Shown here piece after piece: positions 50,832 to 63,632 of a stretch of 64,000 nt of DNA. The DNA is taken from the NCBI RefSeq assembly GCF_048403405.1, contig NZ_CP183129.1. The stretch is one strand, 5' to 3'. The notes below the pieces were generated by a model. That model made no database searches and had not been told where the DNA came from. It was given only the letters and a program-made list of their open reading frames with translations. Position 1 is the stretch's first letter; each line of letters begins with the position of its first letter. The DNA is from Escherichia coli. GTDB lineage: Bacteria > Pseudomonadota > Gammaproteobacteria > Enterobacterales > Enterobacteriaceae. The translations under genes were made by a program, and so were the position numbers.

Positions 50832-52844
50832 TTACAACACCTCGCGAACCGAGATCCCCAGACGCTGCATTCGTGACAGCAGCGTGGTGCGCTTCATCCC
50901 TAATCGTGTCGCCGCGCCACGGGGCCCGGCAACAATGCCATTGGTTTCTCGCAATACCTGAACAATGCGCTGACGTTCTTCTTCGTCATTCTCTGGCGTC
51001 ATCGGGTGCAGCAACTGCGCCATTGAACTGCGAAGCGCTGAATCTTCATTTAGCGTCGGCAGTAAACGGCTTTGTCGGACATTAAGATGTAAATTCAGAC
51101 TGTTACCACGAGTCAACAGTACCGCCCGCTCAATCACGTTTTCCAGCTCGCGCACGTTGCCCGGCCAGTCCCACGACATCAACTGGCGTAGTGCCTCGGT
51201 CGGGATGGCGTCAATTGCGCGATTCATATGGCGCGCCATTTTTTGCGTGAAATGCTTTGCTAAAAGAGGGATATCTTCCGGACGGTCGCGCAGTGGCGGC
51301 AGTTCCAGTGGGAAGACATTCAGGCGATAAAAGAGATCGCTGCGAAACTGGCGATCTTCAACCATTTGCCACAAATCACGGTTGGTGGCGGCAATGACTC
51401 TGACATTTACCGGGATCGTTCTACTCCCGCCGAGACGCTCAATCTCCCGTTCCTGCAATACGCGCAGCAGTTTAGGCTGAAGTTCTAACGGCAGATCGCC
51501 AATTTCATCGAGAAACAACGTGCCGCCATCGGCAATTTCAAAACGACCACGATGGGTATTAATCGCACCAGTAAATGCCCCTTTGTCATGACCGAATAAC
51601 TCACTTTCCAGAAGACTGGCGGGGATGGCAGCGCAGTTGATTTTGACCAGTGGCTTGTCGCGTCGTGGGCTAAGTTGATGGATCGCTCTGGCGATCACCT
51701 CTTTGCCGGTTCCGGTTTCACCACAAATCAACACCGTACTGTCGCTCTTCGCCACAATATCTACCTGCTGGAGCAAATCTTCCATTGCCTGGCTTTGATA
51801 GATAATGTCACCGACGCCCAGATTCGAAAGGAGCTGCTCGCTAAGCTGGTGGTTTTCTTGCTGCAAGCTTTCCTGCAAATCGGTCATGCTGCGCCAGGCA
51901 TCGGCATTGCCAACGGCAATAGCGATGCGATCGGCAATATGTTGTAGTAGCTGGCAGTTTTCCTCACTAAAGAGAGTGGAAGAGGTATGCGCCAGCAACA
52001 ATGCGCCCGGTGTATGGTTGCCAAAGGTGAGCGGTATAAGGAGCGCAGATTCGCAGCCGTTAGATGCAAGTAAGTGTAATAACGGGTCGCGTTGCCAGAG
52101 AAACAGATCGTCTGCACGGTGCGTCAAGGTCGGTTGTCGGGTTTGTAGCGTTTGTGTCAGCAATACACTTTCGCCAGGCATACAGCGTGGCAGACACGCA
52201 CAATGTGAGGCAGAAAGATCGCTGCACCACAGGCTGAACTTCTCGTTCTTTCGATGATCGCCCAGTACCATACTGACTGAAGCCAGACCGAAAAAATGAT
52301 GGATCTCACGAGCGACGTCTGCGATCAGATCGTCGAGATCAAGATGTGACAACACTGCATTAGTGATATCCACCAGTACCCGATGATGATCGCGATCTTT
52401 CTCCAGCAAACGCAGCGCCACCTGCTGTTCTTCATCATTGAGCCATGATTGCAGAACCGGAGTGATTATGTGTGCCAGCCAGTTAAACAGTGTGCAATCC
52501 TGGGGAGTAAAACGACTGCCGTGGGTGCGAATAAAGCGTAGCTCCGCCATTCCACTACTGCCGAGAAGGACGGCGTGGCGCGAATAATCGACCATCTCAC
52601 CCTGATACTCTGTTGTTGCCGTCACATCGCTGCCATCATCATGGTAGCGGTAATAGAAGTTGCTTTTGAGAACATGCAGTTCAATAAGTTGTACCGGGCT
52701 GAACGGCGGCGGCAGCGGGATGAAGGCGCGTAATAAAGACGCCTTGCCGTGTTTCTGCGCTAACCGCTCCGCGAGCATTCCGTTTACCGCTTCAATTGTT
52801 ATTCCTTGCGGCGGGGCAAACATCGCCTCGTCTGACATAGCCAT
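50832..52844 (-). CDS. hyfR: Sigma54-dependent transcriptional activator HyfR (FhlA-like)
   Basis: 670 aa from the second Met; AAA+ sigma54-interaction domain (GETGTGKE...GAFTGA...) and C-terminal HTH. Confidence 0.9.
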   Translation of the reverse strand: MAMSDEAMFAPPQGITIEAVNGMLAERLAQKHGKASLLRAFIPLPPPFSPVQLIELHVLKSNFYYRYHDDGSDVTATTEYQGEMVDYSRHAVLLGSSGMAELRFIRTHGSRFTPQDCTLFNWLAHIITPVLQSWLNDEEQQVALRLLEKDRDHHRVLVDITNAVLSHLDLDDLIADVAREIHHFFGLASVSMVLGDHRKNEKFSLWCSDLSASHCACLPRCMPGESVLLTQTLQTRQPTLTHRADDLFLWQRDPLLHLLASNGCESALLIPLTFGNHTPGALLLAHTSSTLFSEENCQLLQHIADRIAIAVGNADAWRSMTDLQESLQQENHQLSEQLLSNLGVGDIIYQSQAMEDLLQQVDIVAKSDSTVLICGETGTGKEVIARAIHQLSPRRDKPLVKINCAAIPASLLESELFGHDKGAFTGAINTHRGRFEIADGGTLFLDEIGDLPLELQPKLLRVLQEREIERLGGSRTIPVNVRVIAATNRDLWQMVEDRQFRSDLFYRLNVFPLELPPLRDRPEDIPLLAKHFTQKMARHMNRAIDAIPTEALRQLMSWDWPGNVRELENVIERAVLLTRGNSLNLHLNVRQSRLLPTLNEDSALRSSMAQLLHPMTPENDEEERQRIVQVLRETNGIVAGPRGAATRLGMKRTTLLSRMQRLGISVREVL

Positions 52845-52873
52845 CAACAGTCCTTATTAATGAGAAATCCTTC

Positions 52874-53287
52874 TCACGCAATTTTTCTGGCCATCAGATA
52901 GATGGCCGGTTCCTGCACAATTTCATCCAACAGATGAATGAATTGAATGCTACGCGCCTGCCACGCCGACTTCGCGTCATCTGCCAGTGGCGCGAATGCC
53001 TGGGTCAACAGGGCGGTGTGGCTGGCGTCAATAACAATCTCACCAAAGGTCATCACCCCCAGCATCTTACGTCGGGCTTGCTCCTCTTCGACCTGTGCAA
53101 GCCAATCTTCGTATTCCGTCTGTGGGCAGCGGAAGGCGACATTCAAACAATCAATCACGCCAACGTGATGACCGATAGCCAACGAGTAATACATTACCTG
53201 GGAGCTGTGTTCCGGCATCTCGTCGCTACTGGCGATAAATTTTTTTCGCAGCGTCCAGAAAACAATTTCCCCGCACGCCTCAGCCAT
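52874..53287 (-). CDS. hyfJ: Hydrogenase 4 maturation/processing protein HyfJ
   Basis: 137 aa; size and synteny. Confidence 0.8.
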   Translation of the reverse strand: MAEACGEIVFWTLRKKFIASSDEMPEHSSQVMYYSLAIGHHVGVIDCLNVAFRCPQTEYEDWLAQVEEEQARRKMLGVMTFGEIVIDASHTALLTQAFAPLADDAKSAWQARSIQFIHLLDEIVQEPAIYLMARKIA

Positions 53288-54038
53288 GTAACCCCCGGAG
53301 AACGCGAAAGAGTTGCTGAACGATACTATTGAGACGCGGATCGTCAGCTTCGCGCAACCAGGTGTTAACCCGATTTCCTGTAGGATCGTCGCTTAAATGG
53401 CGCAGGAGCCGATCGCAAATTTCTCGCCCCTGACGATAGCCCGCCAGCCGCCTCGCTTCTCGCTCAATGGCGATACGCTGTGATGGCGGGATTTGCGGCC
53501 ACAGCGGTTGCATGGTCACTCCGGTGGGATCGCGATAATCCACCGCGTGAATCTTCTGTTGCAGCAAACCGAGCGCCACGGCGAAACCGTGAATGGTGGC
53601 GGCCGGTGTTGGCGGGCAGCCGGGGATCCAAACATCAATGGGGACAATGGTGTCGCTGCCGCCCCAGACGCTGTAGAGATCGTGGAAAATACCGCCGCCG
53701 ACACCGCACGCGCCGTAGGAAACACAGATTTTATGATCGGGGGCAGACTCATACGCCCGAAGTGCAGGCATACGCATCGCCCGGGTGACTGCGCCAGTAA
53801 ATAACAAAATATCGGCGTGACGCGGTGATGAAACAACCTTAATGCCAAAACGTTCTGCGTCGAATACTGGTGTGATGGCGGCAAAAATTTCGATTTCGCA
53901 GGCGTTGCAGCCGCCGCAATCGACGCGATAAACGTAGGCCGAGCGACGGATATCCTGTAACAAATGCTGCTTCATCTTTTGCGTTTGCTCGTCCAGCGTG
54001 ATGGGCTGGCTGACATGTTGCGTAAGCACTGGACTCAT
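53280..54038 (-). CDS. hyfI: Hydrogenase 4 small subunit HyfI (NuoB-like)
   Basis: 252 aa with conserved Cys pattern of NuoB-like Fe-S subunits. Confidence 0.85.
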   Translation of the reverse strand: MSPVLTQHVSQPITLDEQTQKMKQHLLQDIRRSAYVYRVDCGGCNACEIEIFAAITPVFDAERFGIKVVSSPRHADILLFTGAVTRAMRMPALRAYESAPDHKICVSYGACGVGGGIFHDLYSVWGGSDTIVPIDVWIPGCPPTPAATIHGFAVALGLLQQKIHAVDYRDPTGVTMQPLWPQIPPSQRIAIEREARRLAGYRQGREICDRLLRHLSDDPTGNRVNTWLREADDPRLNSIVQQLFRVLRGLHG

Positions 54039-54580
54039 AGCTGCTCCTTAGCCACCAGCGGTTCATCTGTGTCGTCGTTGATCAGCGTCGCGCGTTGTTT
54101 GCATTCCGGGCAGACGCTCGCTTGCGCCCGTAACATTTCGCGGTTTTGTGGCGCATTTTGTTGCTGTGCCAACAGTTCTGCAGCCAGTGCGACGGTTTTT
54201 TGCGGGGCAAACGGGCGTTCGCAACGGCTGCAACGTTGTAGATGGAACGTCGCGCGGGTATAGAGATCGGCTTTATTGGTGACGGTCAGTTCAAAGTTAT
54301 TGGTAAGCTGAATGGCTCTGGTCGGGCACACTTCTTCACAACGTCCGCAGTAAATACAACGCCCCAGATAGAGCTGCCAGGTGCGCGAATTTTGCTGGTC
54401 GTCGGTCTGGATAGTCAGCGCATTTGCCGGACAAGCACAGGCGCAGGCACCGCAGGCAATACATTGGCTGGGCATCAGGTCCGGTTTCCCGCGAAAGCCT
54501 GGGCTGACTTCCAGTGGTGCGAAGGGATATTTCACCGTCGCGGTTCCGGCGCGCATAATAGTTTTCAGTAACTTCAGCAT
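54035..54580 (-). CDS. hyfH: Hydrogenase 4 Fe-S subunit HyfH (2x 4Fe-4S ferredoxin)
   Basis: 181 aa with two CxxCxxCxxxCP motifs. Confidence 0.85.
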   Translation of the reverse strand: MLKLLKTIMRAGTATVKYPFAPLEVSPGFRGKPDLMPSQCIACGACACACPANALTIQTDDQQNSRTWQLYLGRCIYCGRCEEVCPTRAIQLTNNFELTVTNKADLYTRATFHLQRCSRCERPFAPQKTVALAAELLAQQQNAPQNREMLRAQASVCPECKQRATLINDDTDEPLVAKEQL

Positions 54581-54589
54581 CTTCTGTCC

Positions 54590-56305
54590 TTACTTCAGCG
54601 GCGAACGGTTACGATCAATGCCGTAGCGTTCGATCTCTTTATACGGCACGGTTTTTGACTGGCGCTTGCGCACATCAACCAGCGTCACACGGTCGGTACA
54701 GGAGTAGCAGGGATCAAGGCTACCGATAATCAGCGGTGCGTCAGAAACGGTATTGCCGCGCAGCATGTAACGCAGCACTGGCCAGTTGGCGTAGGTGGCG
54801 GCACGACAGCGCCAGCGGAACAATTTTTGGTTATCACCGAGCATGCTCCAGTGCACGTCTTCACCGCGTGGCGCTTCAACAAAGCCCAGCGCGAATGCGT
54901 GAGGTTTATAGCTAAAGCCTTCGGTCAGCAGTGGGGTATCCGGCATGTTGTCGAGGGCAAATTCCAGCATTGCCAGCGAATCAAACGTCTCTTTGACACG
55001 GACCATCACGCGGGAGAAGACATCGCCGCCGGTAAAGGTAAACAGCGTTTTTGGAATATTGCCGTAGTCGGCGTAGGGGTGATCAAAGCGCAAATCACGG
55101 GCAAAGCCACTGCCGCGGATCAGCGGCCCTACGGGGCTATAATCACGGGCGATTTGTCGGTCGAGAATGCCAATGCCCTGAGTGCGTTGTTCCATATTTG
55201 GCGTGGCAAGCAGCATCTCTACCAGCTCCGACACGTCGGCGCGCATCTCACGCACCAGTTTCAGCGTTTGCAGACGTTGCTCTTTGAGAATATCGCGGCG
55301 AACACCACCAATCAGATTCAGACCGTAGGTTTTACGCGACCCGGTCAGCAGTTCCGCCATCGTCATCGACTTTTCCCGCACGCGGAAAAATTGCATAAAG
55401 CCGGTATCAAAACCAACAAAATGGCAGGAGAGGCCAAGGTTGAGCAAATGACTATGCAGCCGTTCGACTTCCAGCAGAATCGAGCGAATAGTATGCGCTC
55501 GTTGCGGCACCTCAATCCCCAGTGCATTTTCAACCGAGTTGGTATAGGCCACACTGTGGGCAAAACCGCAAATCCCACACACGCGGTCGGATAAGAAGGT
55601 CACTTCGTTGTAGCCCATCCGCGTTTCTGCCAGTTTCTCCATGCCGCGATGGACATAAAACAGGCGGTAATCAGCATCGACAATTTGCTCGCCATCCACA
55701 AACAAGCGGAAGTGACCTGGTTCATCGGAGGTGATATGCAGCGGGCCGACAGGGATCACCCGCGCGTCGCTGTTGCCCTCGTTGATAAACGGATACGTTT
55801 CGGTATCAGTCGTCGGTTCAGGGCGCAGTCGATAATCCATCGCATCTTTGCGCAGCGGATGCATATCTTCCGGCCAGTCATCGGGCAACACCAGGCGACG
55901 CTGATCCGGCAGGCCAACCGGAATCAGCCCGTACATATCGCGAATTTCTCGCTCGCCCCAGACCGCGGCAGGGACGCGCGGTGTGACTGACGGAAACTCC
56001 CGACTGTCGGCATCGACCAGTGCCTTCACCACGATCCAGCATTTTTCAGCCCCTTCCATTGAAAGGGCATAATAAACCGCGTAATGACCGTTAAGTGTCC
56101 GCTCGTCGTTGCCAAACAGGACCGGAAGCCAGCCATCATGTTGATAATAAAGATAATGTACAACGTCAGGCAGCAGATTGATTTTCACCGTAATGGTGAC
56201 CTGTTCAGGCGTTTGTCGCTCTTCATCCAGCACCGCGCCGGGGAACTGCGTTTTCAGGGCGGCGAGAATCGCTTCGCCACGATTTGACGATGAATTAACG
56301 TTCAC
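54590..56305 (-). CDS. hyfG: Hydrogenase 4 large catalytic subunit HyfG (NuoCD-like NiFe subunit); start codon uncertain
   Basis: GTG at 56305 preceded by GGAGA; C-terminal DPCYSC Ni-binding motif; K-12 annotation is shorter, so the true start may be further downstream. Confidence 0.8.
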   Translation of the reverse strand: MNVNSSSNRGEAILAALKTQFPGAVLDEERQTPEQVTITVKINLLPDVVHYLYYQHDGWLPVLFGNDERTLNGHYAVYYALSMEGAEKCWIVVKALVDADSREFPSVTPRVPAAVWGEREIRDMYGLIPVGLPDQRRLVLPDDWPEDMHPLRKDAMDYRLRPEPTTDTETYPFINEGNSDARVIPVGPLHITSDEPGHFRLFVDGEQIVDADYRLFYVHRGMEKLAETRMGYNEVTFLSDRVCGICGFAHSVAYTNSVENALGIEVPQRAHTIRSILLEVERLHSHLLNLGLSCHFVGFDTGFMQFFRVREKSMTMAELLTGSRKTYGLNLIGGVRRDILKEQRLQTLKLVREMRADVSELVEMLLATPNMEQRTQGIGILDRQIARDYSPVGPLIRGSGFARDLRFDHPYADYGNIPKTLFTFTGGDVFSRVMVRVKETFDSLAMLEFALDNMPDTPLLTEGFSYKPHAFALGFVEAPRGEDVHWSMLGDNQKLFRWRCRAATYANWPVLRYMLRGNTVSDAPLIIGSLDPCYSCTDRVTLVDVRKRQSKTVPYKEIERYGIDRNRSPLK

Positions 56306-57875
56306 TGTGTTTCTCCGAAACAGATGCGGTGCCTGAAGGCAAAAAATCATGCCAGGTGCTACGTTGTGCAGGCAGGTCGTGCGTCCCTGAGAGGACTATA
56401 GTGGAAGCGCCCGCCAGGATCCTGATGACAGGTTGTGGAATATGCGTTCCCATCGCCAGCATCATGACCAGCAGAATCACCATTGGCGAGGTGGTCAACC
56501 AGCCAAGTTCACCCCGGTTAACGGCCTGCGGCGGTTTCGCCATTAACACCCGCGCAGCCATCCGTACCAGGCCCGCCAGCACCAGCGTTAACAGCAATAA
56601 CAGCAGGACGATAATCAGCAGGTGATTACGTGCCAGTCCGGCGGTAACGGTCATAAATTCGCTAAGAAAAATGTTGAAGGGCGGCATCCCTGCCAACGCC
56701 AGCGCACCGCCGCCAAACAGCACGGCGGTAAATGGCATGATTTTAAGCATTCCGCAGACGACGTTGAGATCGCGCGTGCCGTACTTGAGCAGTACATTGC
56801 CGGAACCGCAGAACAGCAGCGTTTTTGCCAGACTGTGGTTTAAGGTGTGCAGCAGCGCAGCAAAAATTCCCAGCGGCCCGCCAATGCCTAGCGCCACCGC
56901 GACCAGTCCCATGTTCTCCACGCTGGAGTACGCCAGCAGACGCTTAATGTCCCGCTGTACCAGAATGAAAAATGCCGCCACGGCAACCGACAACATGCCG
57001 AAGATGAGCAACAACCGGTTGGGGAAATCGCTGCCGATGGCCTGGCAGATAATGATGTAATAGCGAATCAGCACCAACAGCGCGCAGTTCAGCAATACGG
57101 CGGAGAGCAGGGCGCTGACCGGACTCGGCGCTTCACTGTGAGCATCCGGCAGCCAGGCGTGCATGGGAAATAGCCCGGTTTTGGTGCCAAAGCCAATTAG
57201 CACAAACACAAAGGCCAACAGCATTAATGTTGGGTCAAGCAAGGACGATTGCTTAAGAACCTCGCTCCAGAATATCGCCATTTCTGCCTGCGGCATAACG
57301 CTGGCGGCGTTGGCGTATACCAGCACGGTACCGAACAGACCAAAAGCGACACCAACAGTACAAATAATGATGTACTTCCATGCAGCTTCCAGCGATGAAC
57401 GCTGACCGTAAATGCCTACCAGAAACGCCGAGCTTAAGGTGGTGGCTTCGATCGCCGCCCACATCACAATCAGGTTATTGCTGGTAACAACCAGCAGCAT
57501 GGTGAACAAAAACAGATGGAAGAAACCGTAGTAATCGCACAGCGTAACGGGTGAAAGCTCGCCGTGCTCCACTTCATGACGCATGTAGCCAATCGAGTAA
57601 ACACCGGTGAGAAAGCCAATCACACCAAGAATGGCGAGGAACAAACCGCCCAGACCATCAATATGAAGCCACAGTCCCGCAGCGAATATTTCTCCCGCAT
57701 CAGCGGCAGTTTGGACCACCCACAGTGCCAGAATCAGCAGCAGTGTGATCCCTAAGCTATGTAGTACTGTCACCGTGCGAGTCGCAGAGTGCCCCTGTTT
57801 CCGGCAGGCAAAACAGAGCAGTGAAAAAAGCAGCGGCGTGAGCAGGAGTAAAGCGAACATCACAGAATAACTCAT
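56295..57875 (-). CDS. hyfF: Hydrogenase 4 membrane subunit HyfF (NuoL/M/N antiporter-like)
   Basis: 526 aa multi-TM. Confidence 0.85.
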   Translation of the reverse strand: MSYSVMFALLLLTPLLFSLLCFACRKQGHSATRTVTVLHSLGITLLLILALWVVQTAADAGEIFAAGLWLHIDGLGGLFLAILGVIGFLTGVYSIGYMRHEVEHGELSPVTLCDYYGFFHLFLFTMLLVVTSNNLIVMWAAIEATTLSSAFLVGIYGQRSSLEAAWKYIIICTVGVAFGLFGTVLVYANAASVMPQAEMAIFWSEVLKQSSLLDPTLMLLAFVFVLIGFGTKTGLFPMHAWLPDAHSEAPSPVSALLSAVLLNCALLVLIRYYIIICQAIGSDFPNRLLLIFGMLSVAVAAFFILVQRDIKRLLAYSSVENMGLVAVALGIGGPLGIFAALLHTLNHSLAKTLLFCGSGNVLLKYGTRDLNVVCGMLKIMPFTAVLFGGGALALAGMPPFNIFLSEFMTVTAGLARNHLLIIVLLLLLLTLVLAGLVRMAARVLMAKPPQAVNRGELGWLTTSPMVILLVMMLAMGTHIPQPVIRILAGASTIVLSGTHDLPAQRSTWHDFLPSGTASVSEKHSER

Positions 57876-57879
57876 CTCA

Positions 57880-58530
57880 TTATCCCTTCAGCGCGGTCAA
57901 GTTGTTCACGTCCAGCGTGCCGTGGGTACGCCATATTTTTCTTGCCAGTAACACCATTACAATGACGGCGAAGATGGCGTCGGTAGCGATACCAATTTCC
58001 ACCAGTTCCGGTGCACGCCAGGCAAGAAGCGCCAGCACCAGATGGGAGCCGTTTTCCATCAGGCAGTAACCAAAAATTTGCCGCAGGATATTGCGCTGGC
58101 TGACAATGCACAGCAGGCCAAGCAGAAAATGACCTAACGCCACCGCCAGCGCCGGTTTCAGCCCGGTAGCCATCGGTAGCTTCACGGGCTGAACGACAAA
58201 TGCGCAAAGCAGGACAATTAATGCCGCGAGCAATGCCATCATTGCCGGACCGAATAACGCTTTTTCCGGGATGTTCTGGGGAATATTTCGTGCAGCGTAA
58301 ATCATGATTAACGGTACCAGCAGCACTTTGGTGATAAAGGCGCTGGCGGACCAGATCAGCAGTTGCTCTGCGACGAACAGGCACGAGAGGGTGGCGAAAA
58401 TAGACACCAGCACCAGCGACTGGCAGGCGTAAAATCCGCATGACAGGCGATAGCTTTTGACACTAATCACAAACAGCGATGTCAGCATCATCAGTCCCGC
58501 CAGATTATTTACGATCATAGAACCGGTCAT
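57880..58530 (-). CDS. hyfE: Hydrogenase 4 membrane subunit HyfE
   Basis: 216 aa multi-TM. Confidence 0.85.
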   Translation of the reverse strand: MTGSMIVNNLAGLMMLTSLFVISVKSYRLSCGFYACQSLVLVSIFATLSCLFVAEQLLIWSASAFITKVLLVPLIMIYAARNIPQNIPEKALFGPAMMALLAALIVLLCAFVVQPVKLPMATGLKPALAVALGHFLLGLLCIVSQRNILRQIFGYCLMENGSHLVLALLAWRAPELVEIGIATDAIFAVIVMVLLARKIWRTHGTLDVNNLTALKG

Positions 58531-58541
58531 TCATCATCTCC

Positions 58542-59981
58542 TTACTGCAACCAGGTCGCGGCGATTACGCTGGAAATCAGCGACATCACAATCAGTACAA
58601 TCAACACCAGGCGCATTGACCCTGGCAGCGGTGCGGCATCGGCGACGGCCTCGCTCGGTTTGCCAGGCACAACGCGACCAAACCAGCGAATAAACCAGGC
58701 GAAACTGGCGACCGATTCAATCATCAGCAGAATCATGGCGGGCAGCAGGATCCAGTACTCCACTGACAACGCAAAACCGGCAGCAAACAGCGGGAATTTA
58801 CTGAAGAAGCCGTTGAATGGCGGCACGCCGGTAATTGCCAGCGCTGCCACGCAGAAACCCACGCCAGGCAACGGCAGGGTGTGCAATACGCCACGCAGAC
58901 GCGGCAACAAGCGCGTGCCGCAGCTGTAACTCAGCGCACCTGCTACAAGGAAAAATAGGCTTTTAGCGAACGCGTGGTTGACGATGTAGGCGATGCTGCC
59001 CTCCAGTGCCAGCCGCGAGCCGAAGATGGAGAGCGACAAGCCGAAGAACATCCAGCCAAGTTGAGTGATGGTCGACCAGGCCAGCAACCGCTTCATATCC
59101 TGCTGTGGCAAATACATCAGGAAGCCGTAAAGAATGGTGACCAGTGCCATGACCATGCCAACGCCGCCAATCACATGCGGGATATTGCCGCCGTCGATAA
59201 TGGCGCGGGCAAAAATGTAAACGCCCACTTTCACCATCGATGCGGCGTGGAGATAGGCGCTGATCGGTGTTGGCGCTTCCATTGCATCCGGTAGCCACGC
59301 TTGCATCGGTAGCTGGGCCGATTTCCCCCACGCGGCAAACAGGATGCCGCCATAAACCAGATAACGTGCATCGCCGTGTAACTCGTTCATCGCGCTAAGC
59401 GCAAACGTTCCGGTCTGCAAAAACAGCGTGGCGGCGGCAAGATACAACCCCAACGAACCGATATGGGTAATAAGCAACGCTTTTAGTGCCGAACGCTGCG
59501 CTTTATCGCTCTGGTAATAACTGATCAACGCCCAGGAGCAGCCGCCCGTAATTTCAAAAAACAACAACTGACCGAGCAGCGTCGAAGAGAGTACCAGTCC
59601 CGCCATCGCGCCGATAAACAGCAGCAAAAATGCGTAATAACGATTCGTGCCGTTATGCGGGTGTTCGCGATTTTTATCCGTCAGATAACCCGTGGAGTAG
59701 ATCGTGACCAGCAAACCGAGAAACACCACCACAAACAGAATCAGCGTACTCACGCGATCAATGACCAGGCCAAACAACGCCACATCCCCCACGTTGACCA
59801 ACGTCAACGTGACGGCAACTTTATCGGCCTGATAAAACGCGGAGATCAGCGACAACATGCACAGCGTGGTCAGCGCGGCGAACAAAATCCCCCATTCGGC
59901 GGCCCGACGTTGTGGCGAAAACGAAACGACCAGTGCGCCGATAAAAGGCAGCAATAACGTCGTCAGAGCAAGATTTTCCAT
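58542..59981 (-). CDS. hyfD: Hydrogenase 4 membrane subunit HyfD (antiporter-like)
   Basis: 479 aa multi-TM. Confidence 0.85.
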   Translation of the reverse strand: MENLALTTLLLPFIGALVVSFSPQRRAAEWGILFAALTTLCMLSLISAFYQADKVAVTLTLVNVGDVALFGLVIDRVSTLILFVVVFLGLLVTIYSTGYLTDKNREHPHNGTNRYYAFLLLFIGAMAGLVLSSTLLGQLLFFEITGGCSWALISYYQSDKAQRSALKALLITHIGSLGLYLAAATLFLQTGTFALSAMNELHGDARYLVYGGILFAAWGKSAQLPMQAWLPDAMEAPTPISAYLHAASMVKVGVYIFARAIIDGGNIPHVIGGVGMVMALVTILYGFLMYLPQQDMKRLLAWSTITQLGWMFFGLSLSIFGSRLALEGSIAYIVNHAFAKSLFFLVAGALSYSCGTRLLPRLRGVLHTLPLPGVGFCVAALAITGVPPFNGFFSKFPLFAAGFALSVEYWILLPAMILLMIESVASFAWFIRWFGRVVPGKPSEAVADAAPLPGSMRLVLIVLIVMSLISSVIAATWLQ

Positions 59982-59997
59982 ATTTCGTCAGTGCTCC

Positions 59998-60945
59998 TTA
60001 CAGACCGGTTAACCAGAAGACCCATGCAAGCGCAGCAAGGCTGAAGCCAAGCCAGGTCACATGGTGAATGAGTAAAAAACGCCCGCGTGCCAGCGTGTTT
60101 TCTGCGATTGAGGCCAGTACAAAAATCAGCAAAACCTTGAGCAGCGTAACGACAAGTGAAGTCAGCAGGCAGGCGAGAGAAAGTTCTTGCGCGCGCCCAA
60201 AGGGCAGAAACAGGGCCACAAACAGTGCTGCCATCACGACCTGTTTCAGCCCCAGCCCCAACTTCGCCAACGCCAGCCCGGCACCGGAATATTCGGTCAG
60301 CGGGCCTTCCTGTAATTCCTGTTCTGCTTCAGCAACATCAAAGGGAATTTTTCCCATCTCAATGAAGCAGGCAAAACCACAGGCCAGTAACGCCAGTACG
60401 GTGGTTAGCGGCGAGTTCCAGCCCGTCGCCAGCGTCTTGCTGATCATCTCGATATGCGTGGAATCCGCTATCAGCGCCAATACCAGCAGTGAGAGAAGGA
60501 GCATGGGTTCGACCAGAATGCCGAGCGTCAACTCGCGACTGGCACCGACTCCCGCAAAGGGGCTTCCGGTATCCAGCCCGGAAAGAGCAAAGAAAAAACG
60601 AAACAGGGCAAGAAGATAGATAAGGGTGATCAGATCGCCGCCGCCCGCAAAAGGGGAAACGGTAATAAATAGTGGCAGGGCCATCGCCAGCACCAGCATG
60701 CTGCTGATTAATACCCACGGCATCAGGCGGAACATCAGACCTGAAGATGTCGGCGCAACTTCCTGGCGTTTAAACAGTTTGTGGATATCGCGATAATCCT
60801 GCCAGATCCCCGGTCCGCGACGGGAGTGCATTCGCGCGCGTATCTGCCGGGAAATCCCCGTAAAAAGCGGGGTTAGCACCAGCAGAGTCACGGCCTGTGC
60901 TAACGCAAAAATGATCAGATATCCGTCGCAAAGAGTTTGTCTCAT
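59998..60945 (-). CDS. hyfC: Hydrogenase 4 membrane subunit HyfC (NuoH-like)
   Basis: 315 aa from MRQTLCDGYL... (track ORF starts 7 codons upstream). Confidence 0.85.
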   Translation of the reverse strand: MRQTLCDGYLIIFALAQAVTLLVLTPLFTGISRQIRARMHSRRGPGIWQDYRDIHKLFKRQEVAPTSSGLMFRLMPWVLISSMLVLAMALPLFITVSPFAGGGDLITLIYLLALFRFFFALSGLDTGSPFAGVGASRELTLGILVEPMLLLSLLVLALIADSTHIEMISKTLATGWNSPLTTVLALLACGFACFIEMGKIPFDVAEAEQELQEGPLTEYSGAGLALAKLGLGLKQVVMAALFVALFLPFGRAQELSLACLLTSLVVTLLKVLLIFVLASIAENTLARGRFLLIHHVTWLGFSLAALAWVFWLTGL

Positions 60946-60955
60946 GGTGATTTCC

Positions 60956-62974
60956 TTAGACGGCAATAGCGATTAGCAGCACAACCAGTGCGGCGACCAC
61001 ATACAGGCAATAGAGACGAAAGTCGCCGCTTTGCAGATGCTGTATTTCTTTGGCCAGCCGTTGGGTGGCGCTCACGATGGGGCGGATCACCCGCTCATCC
61101 CAGAAGGGTTCTGTGCTCTGAGCCCTGGCGGTGACATGCGCAAGACCTTTGTTCAGCCTCAGCGTAGGGTCGAGCTGTTGTCGTAGACGAAATAGCGCAC
61201 AAAAGACCACACGCAGCGGTTGCATCACGCCATTGCCTGACGGGGCCATCGCATTATCCCAGCCGTAGCCGCATGCCCAGGCATCTCCTGTGCGACGAAA
61301 CGCTGCGCGGCGCGAACGACACCACAGCCAGTAAAGGCCAGGCAGCAAAGGCATCGCCAGTAGTAACAGCAACAGTAATGAGGGAGTGACCCGTGTATGA
61401 AACGTGCCTGGTACAAGTGCTATTCCGCTGGCGACAGTGACGGGAGGGGTATTGGTAAACGCATGGGCAATGTGCATTATCTTCGGTGCCAGCCAACTGG
61501 CACTAAGCGCAATGAATATGCAGAGTGCCGCGAGCAGTAGCATGGCGACGATCATCGTATTCGGCACTTCCTGTGCCTCTTCAGCGTGTGTACTGCGCGG
61601 CGCTCCACAGAAAGTAATACCGTACATTTTGACGAAGCACATTACTGCCAGCCCACCAGTGACTGCCAGCATCACCATAGCAATAGGACCCGCAAGTTGT
61701 AGCGCTACGGCTTCCACACGACTTAGTGAGAACAGCGACTGCCAGGTGTACCATTCGCTGATAAAACCATTCAGCGGAGGAATGGCTGATATCGCGAGGC
61801 AACCAATCAGGCATGCTGCGGCTGTCCACGGCATCCGTTTTGCCAGTGCCCCCATTTTTTCCATGTCGTGGGTATGCAAACGCGAAATAATCGCACCCGC
61901 GCCGAGAAACAGCAGCCCTTTGAACAGCGCATGGTTGAGCAGATGAAACAGCGCGCCGAGCAGTCCAACAACGGTGAGCAGCGGGTCGTGCAGTGACAGA
62001 CCGACCATCGCCACACCGACCGCCAGCAAAATAATGCCGACGTTTTCGACGGTACTCCAGGCCAGCAGCCGTTTGATATCCTGTTCCGCCAGCGCATACA
62101 GCACGCCCAGGAGCGCGGAGATTGCGCCGATCGCCATCACCAGAATGCCCCACCACAGCGGCAAACCCGTTTGCGCCAGCAGGTCCATCGCTACTTTCAG
62201 GATGCCGAAAATACCGATTTTGACCATTACGCCAGACATCAACGCCGAAGCGTGCGATGGTGCGGCAGGGTGAGCGCGTGGCAACCAGCTGTGCAACGGC
62301 ATCATCCCGGCTTTCGCGCCAAAACCAAAGAAGGCCATCAGGAACACCGCCGACGCCAGCCCCGGAGAAAGTGAAAGCGTGCGGAAACTGGCAAAATCGA
62401 GGCTGCCGCTTTCGCGCCCCATCAGCAAGAAGGCGATCATAATCAGTACCGATCCGGCGTGGGCGATAAAAAAGTAGAGCATGCCAGCGTTGATTGACGT
62501 TTTATCCTGCCTGGCAATGACCAGAAACCAGGAAGACAGCGACATCATTTCAAACAGCACGATGAACCAAAAAGCGTTGTCCATCACCAGCAGGGCAACC
62601 ATCGATGCGATGAAAAGATTCATAAAGAAGCCCATCGCCGCCGCGCCTTTGCCCTCGTATTCGCGCATATAAGTCAATGAATAGAGCGAACAAACCACCA
62701 CCAGCAAGGAGATAACCAGCACCATAAATGCCGAGAGGCTATCCATTCGCAGGGTTAAATCGGCAAAGTCAAAAGGCGTGGCAAAACGGGCGACTAAAAT
62801 TACGCCTGCATGTAATTGCGTAATTCCGCTGATGATGCCAATCACGCCACCCACCAGCGATGTGATGCCGGAAAGCTTAATAGCCAGTCTGTCCAGACCG
62901 AGTAAAAACAGCGAAGCCAGACTGGCAAACAGATAGAGGATCAGCGACCAGGTTAATAATTGCAGGGCATCCAT
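60956..62974 (-). CDS. hyfB: Hydrogenase 4 membrane subunit HyfB (antiporter-like)
   Basis: 672 aa multi-TM. Confidence 0.85.
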   Translation of the reverse strand: MDALQLLTWSLILYLFASLASLFLLGLDRLAIKLSGITSLVGGVIGIISGITQLHAGVILVARFATPFDFADLTLRMDSLSAFMVLVISLLVVVCSLYSLTYMREYEGKGAAAMGFFMNLFIASMVALLVMDNAFWFIVLFEMMSLSSWFLVIARQDKTSINAGMLYFFIAHAGSVLIMIAFLLMGRESGSLDFASFRTLSLSPGLASAVFLMAFFGFGAKAGMMPLHSWLPRAHPAAPSHASALMSGVMVKIGIFGILKVAMDLLAQTGLPLWWGILVMAIGAISALLGVLYALAEQDIKRLLAWSTVENVGIILLAVGVAMVGLSLHDPLLTVVGLLGALFHLLNHALFKGLLFLGAGAIISRLHTHDMEKMGALAKRMPWTAAACLIGCLAISAIPPLNGFISEWYTWQSLFSLSRVEAVALQLAGPIAMVMLAVTGGLAVMCFVKMYGITFCGAPRSTHAEEAQEVPNTMIVAMLLLAALCIFIALSASWLAPKIMHIAHAFTNTPPVTVASGIALVPGTFHTRVTPSLLLLLLLAMPLLPGLYWLWCRSRRAAFRRTGDAWACGYGWDNAMAPSGNGVMQPLRVVFCALFRLRQQLDPTLRLNKGLAHVTARAQSTEPFWDERVIRPIVSATQRLAKEIQHLQSGDFRLYCLYVVAALVVLLIAIAV

Positions 62975-63591
62975 TAGCGTTGCTCCTGAGTGAGGGAAAG
63001 GGGATCCTCCCCGCCATTGGCAAACCAGCTTGCGGCAAGGCGCTGTTTTTCTTTCATCTGACGTTGCAGGCTATCGTCGGTGATCAGCCGTAACGCCTGA
63101 TTCGGGCAAGCGCGAACGCAGGCCGGACCTTCTGGCAAGAAATCACACAGGTCGCATTTCACCGCGACGGTCTGGACACCCGGTTCCCAGCGCAGCAAAG
63201 CATGTTGGGTCGGCGCGTTTTCTTCGCCGTCTTTGAGTGAGCCGTCAGCCTGAAAAACATATTGCGCAGGGGCATTCACCGGACGGCTTCCTGAAGCGCT
63301 GATTGCGCCAAATGGGCAGACCACGGCGCAAAGCTTGCAACCAATACAAAGGCTTTCGTTGAGTTGGATCGCATCATCCCTCTGGGAAATGGCATTGACC
63401 AGGCAGACCTGCAGGCAAGGGGCTTCCTCACAGTGATGACACACGACAGGGGCAGTGAGTGTTGACGTCTTCGCCAGGGCCAGGCGCGGGTGTTGCTGTA
63501 AACCTTGCGTTTTATGCACGTCCGAACAGGCAGCGAGACAGGTATTACATCCTGTACACCACAGTGGTTCGGCCACCACAAAGCGGTTCAT
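62974..63591 (-). CDS. hyfA: Hydrogenase 4 Fe-S subunit HyfA (4x 4Fe-4S ferredoxin)
   Basis: 205 aa from MNRFVVAEPLWCTGCNTCLAAC...; multiple CxxCxxCxxxCP motifs. Confidence 0.9.
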   Translation of the reverse strand: MNRFVVAEPLWCTGCNTCLAACSDVHKTQGLQQHPRLALAKTSTLTAPVVCHHCEEAPCLQVCLVNAISQRDDAIQLNESLCIGCKLCAVVCPFGAISASGSRPVNAPAQYVFQADGSLKDGEENAPTQHALLRWEPGVQTVAVKCDLCDFLPEGPACVRACPNQALRLITDDSLQRQMKEKQRLAASWFANGGEDPLSLTQEQR

Positions 63592-63632
63592 GTCGGCTCC
63601 TTGAAAATGATATGAAACATTGCATTTCATAT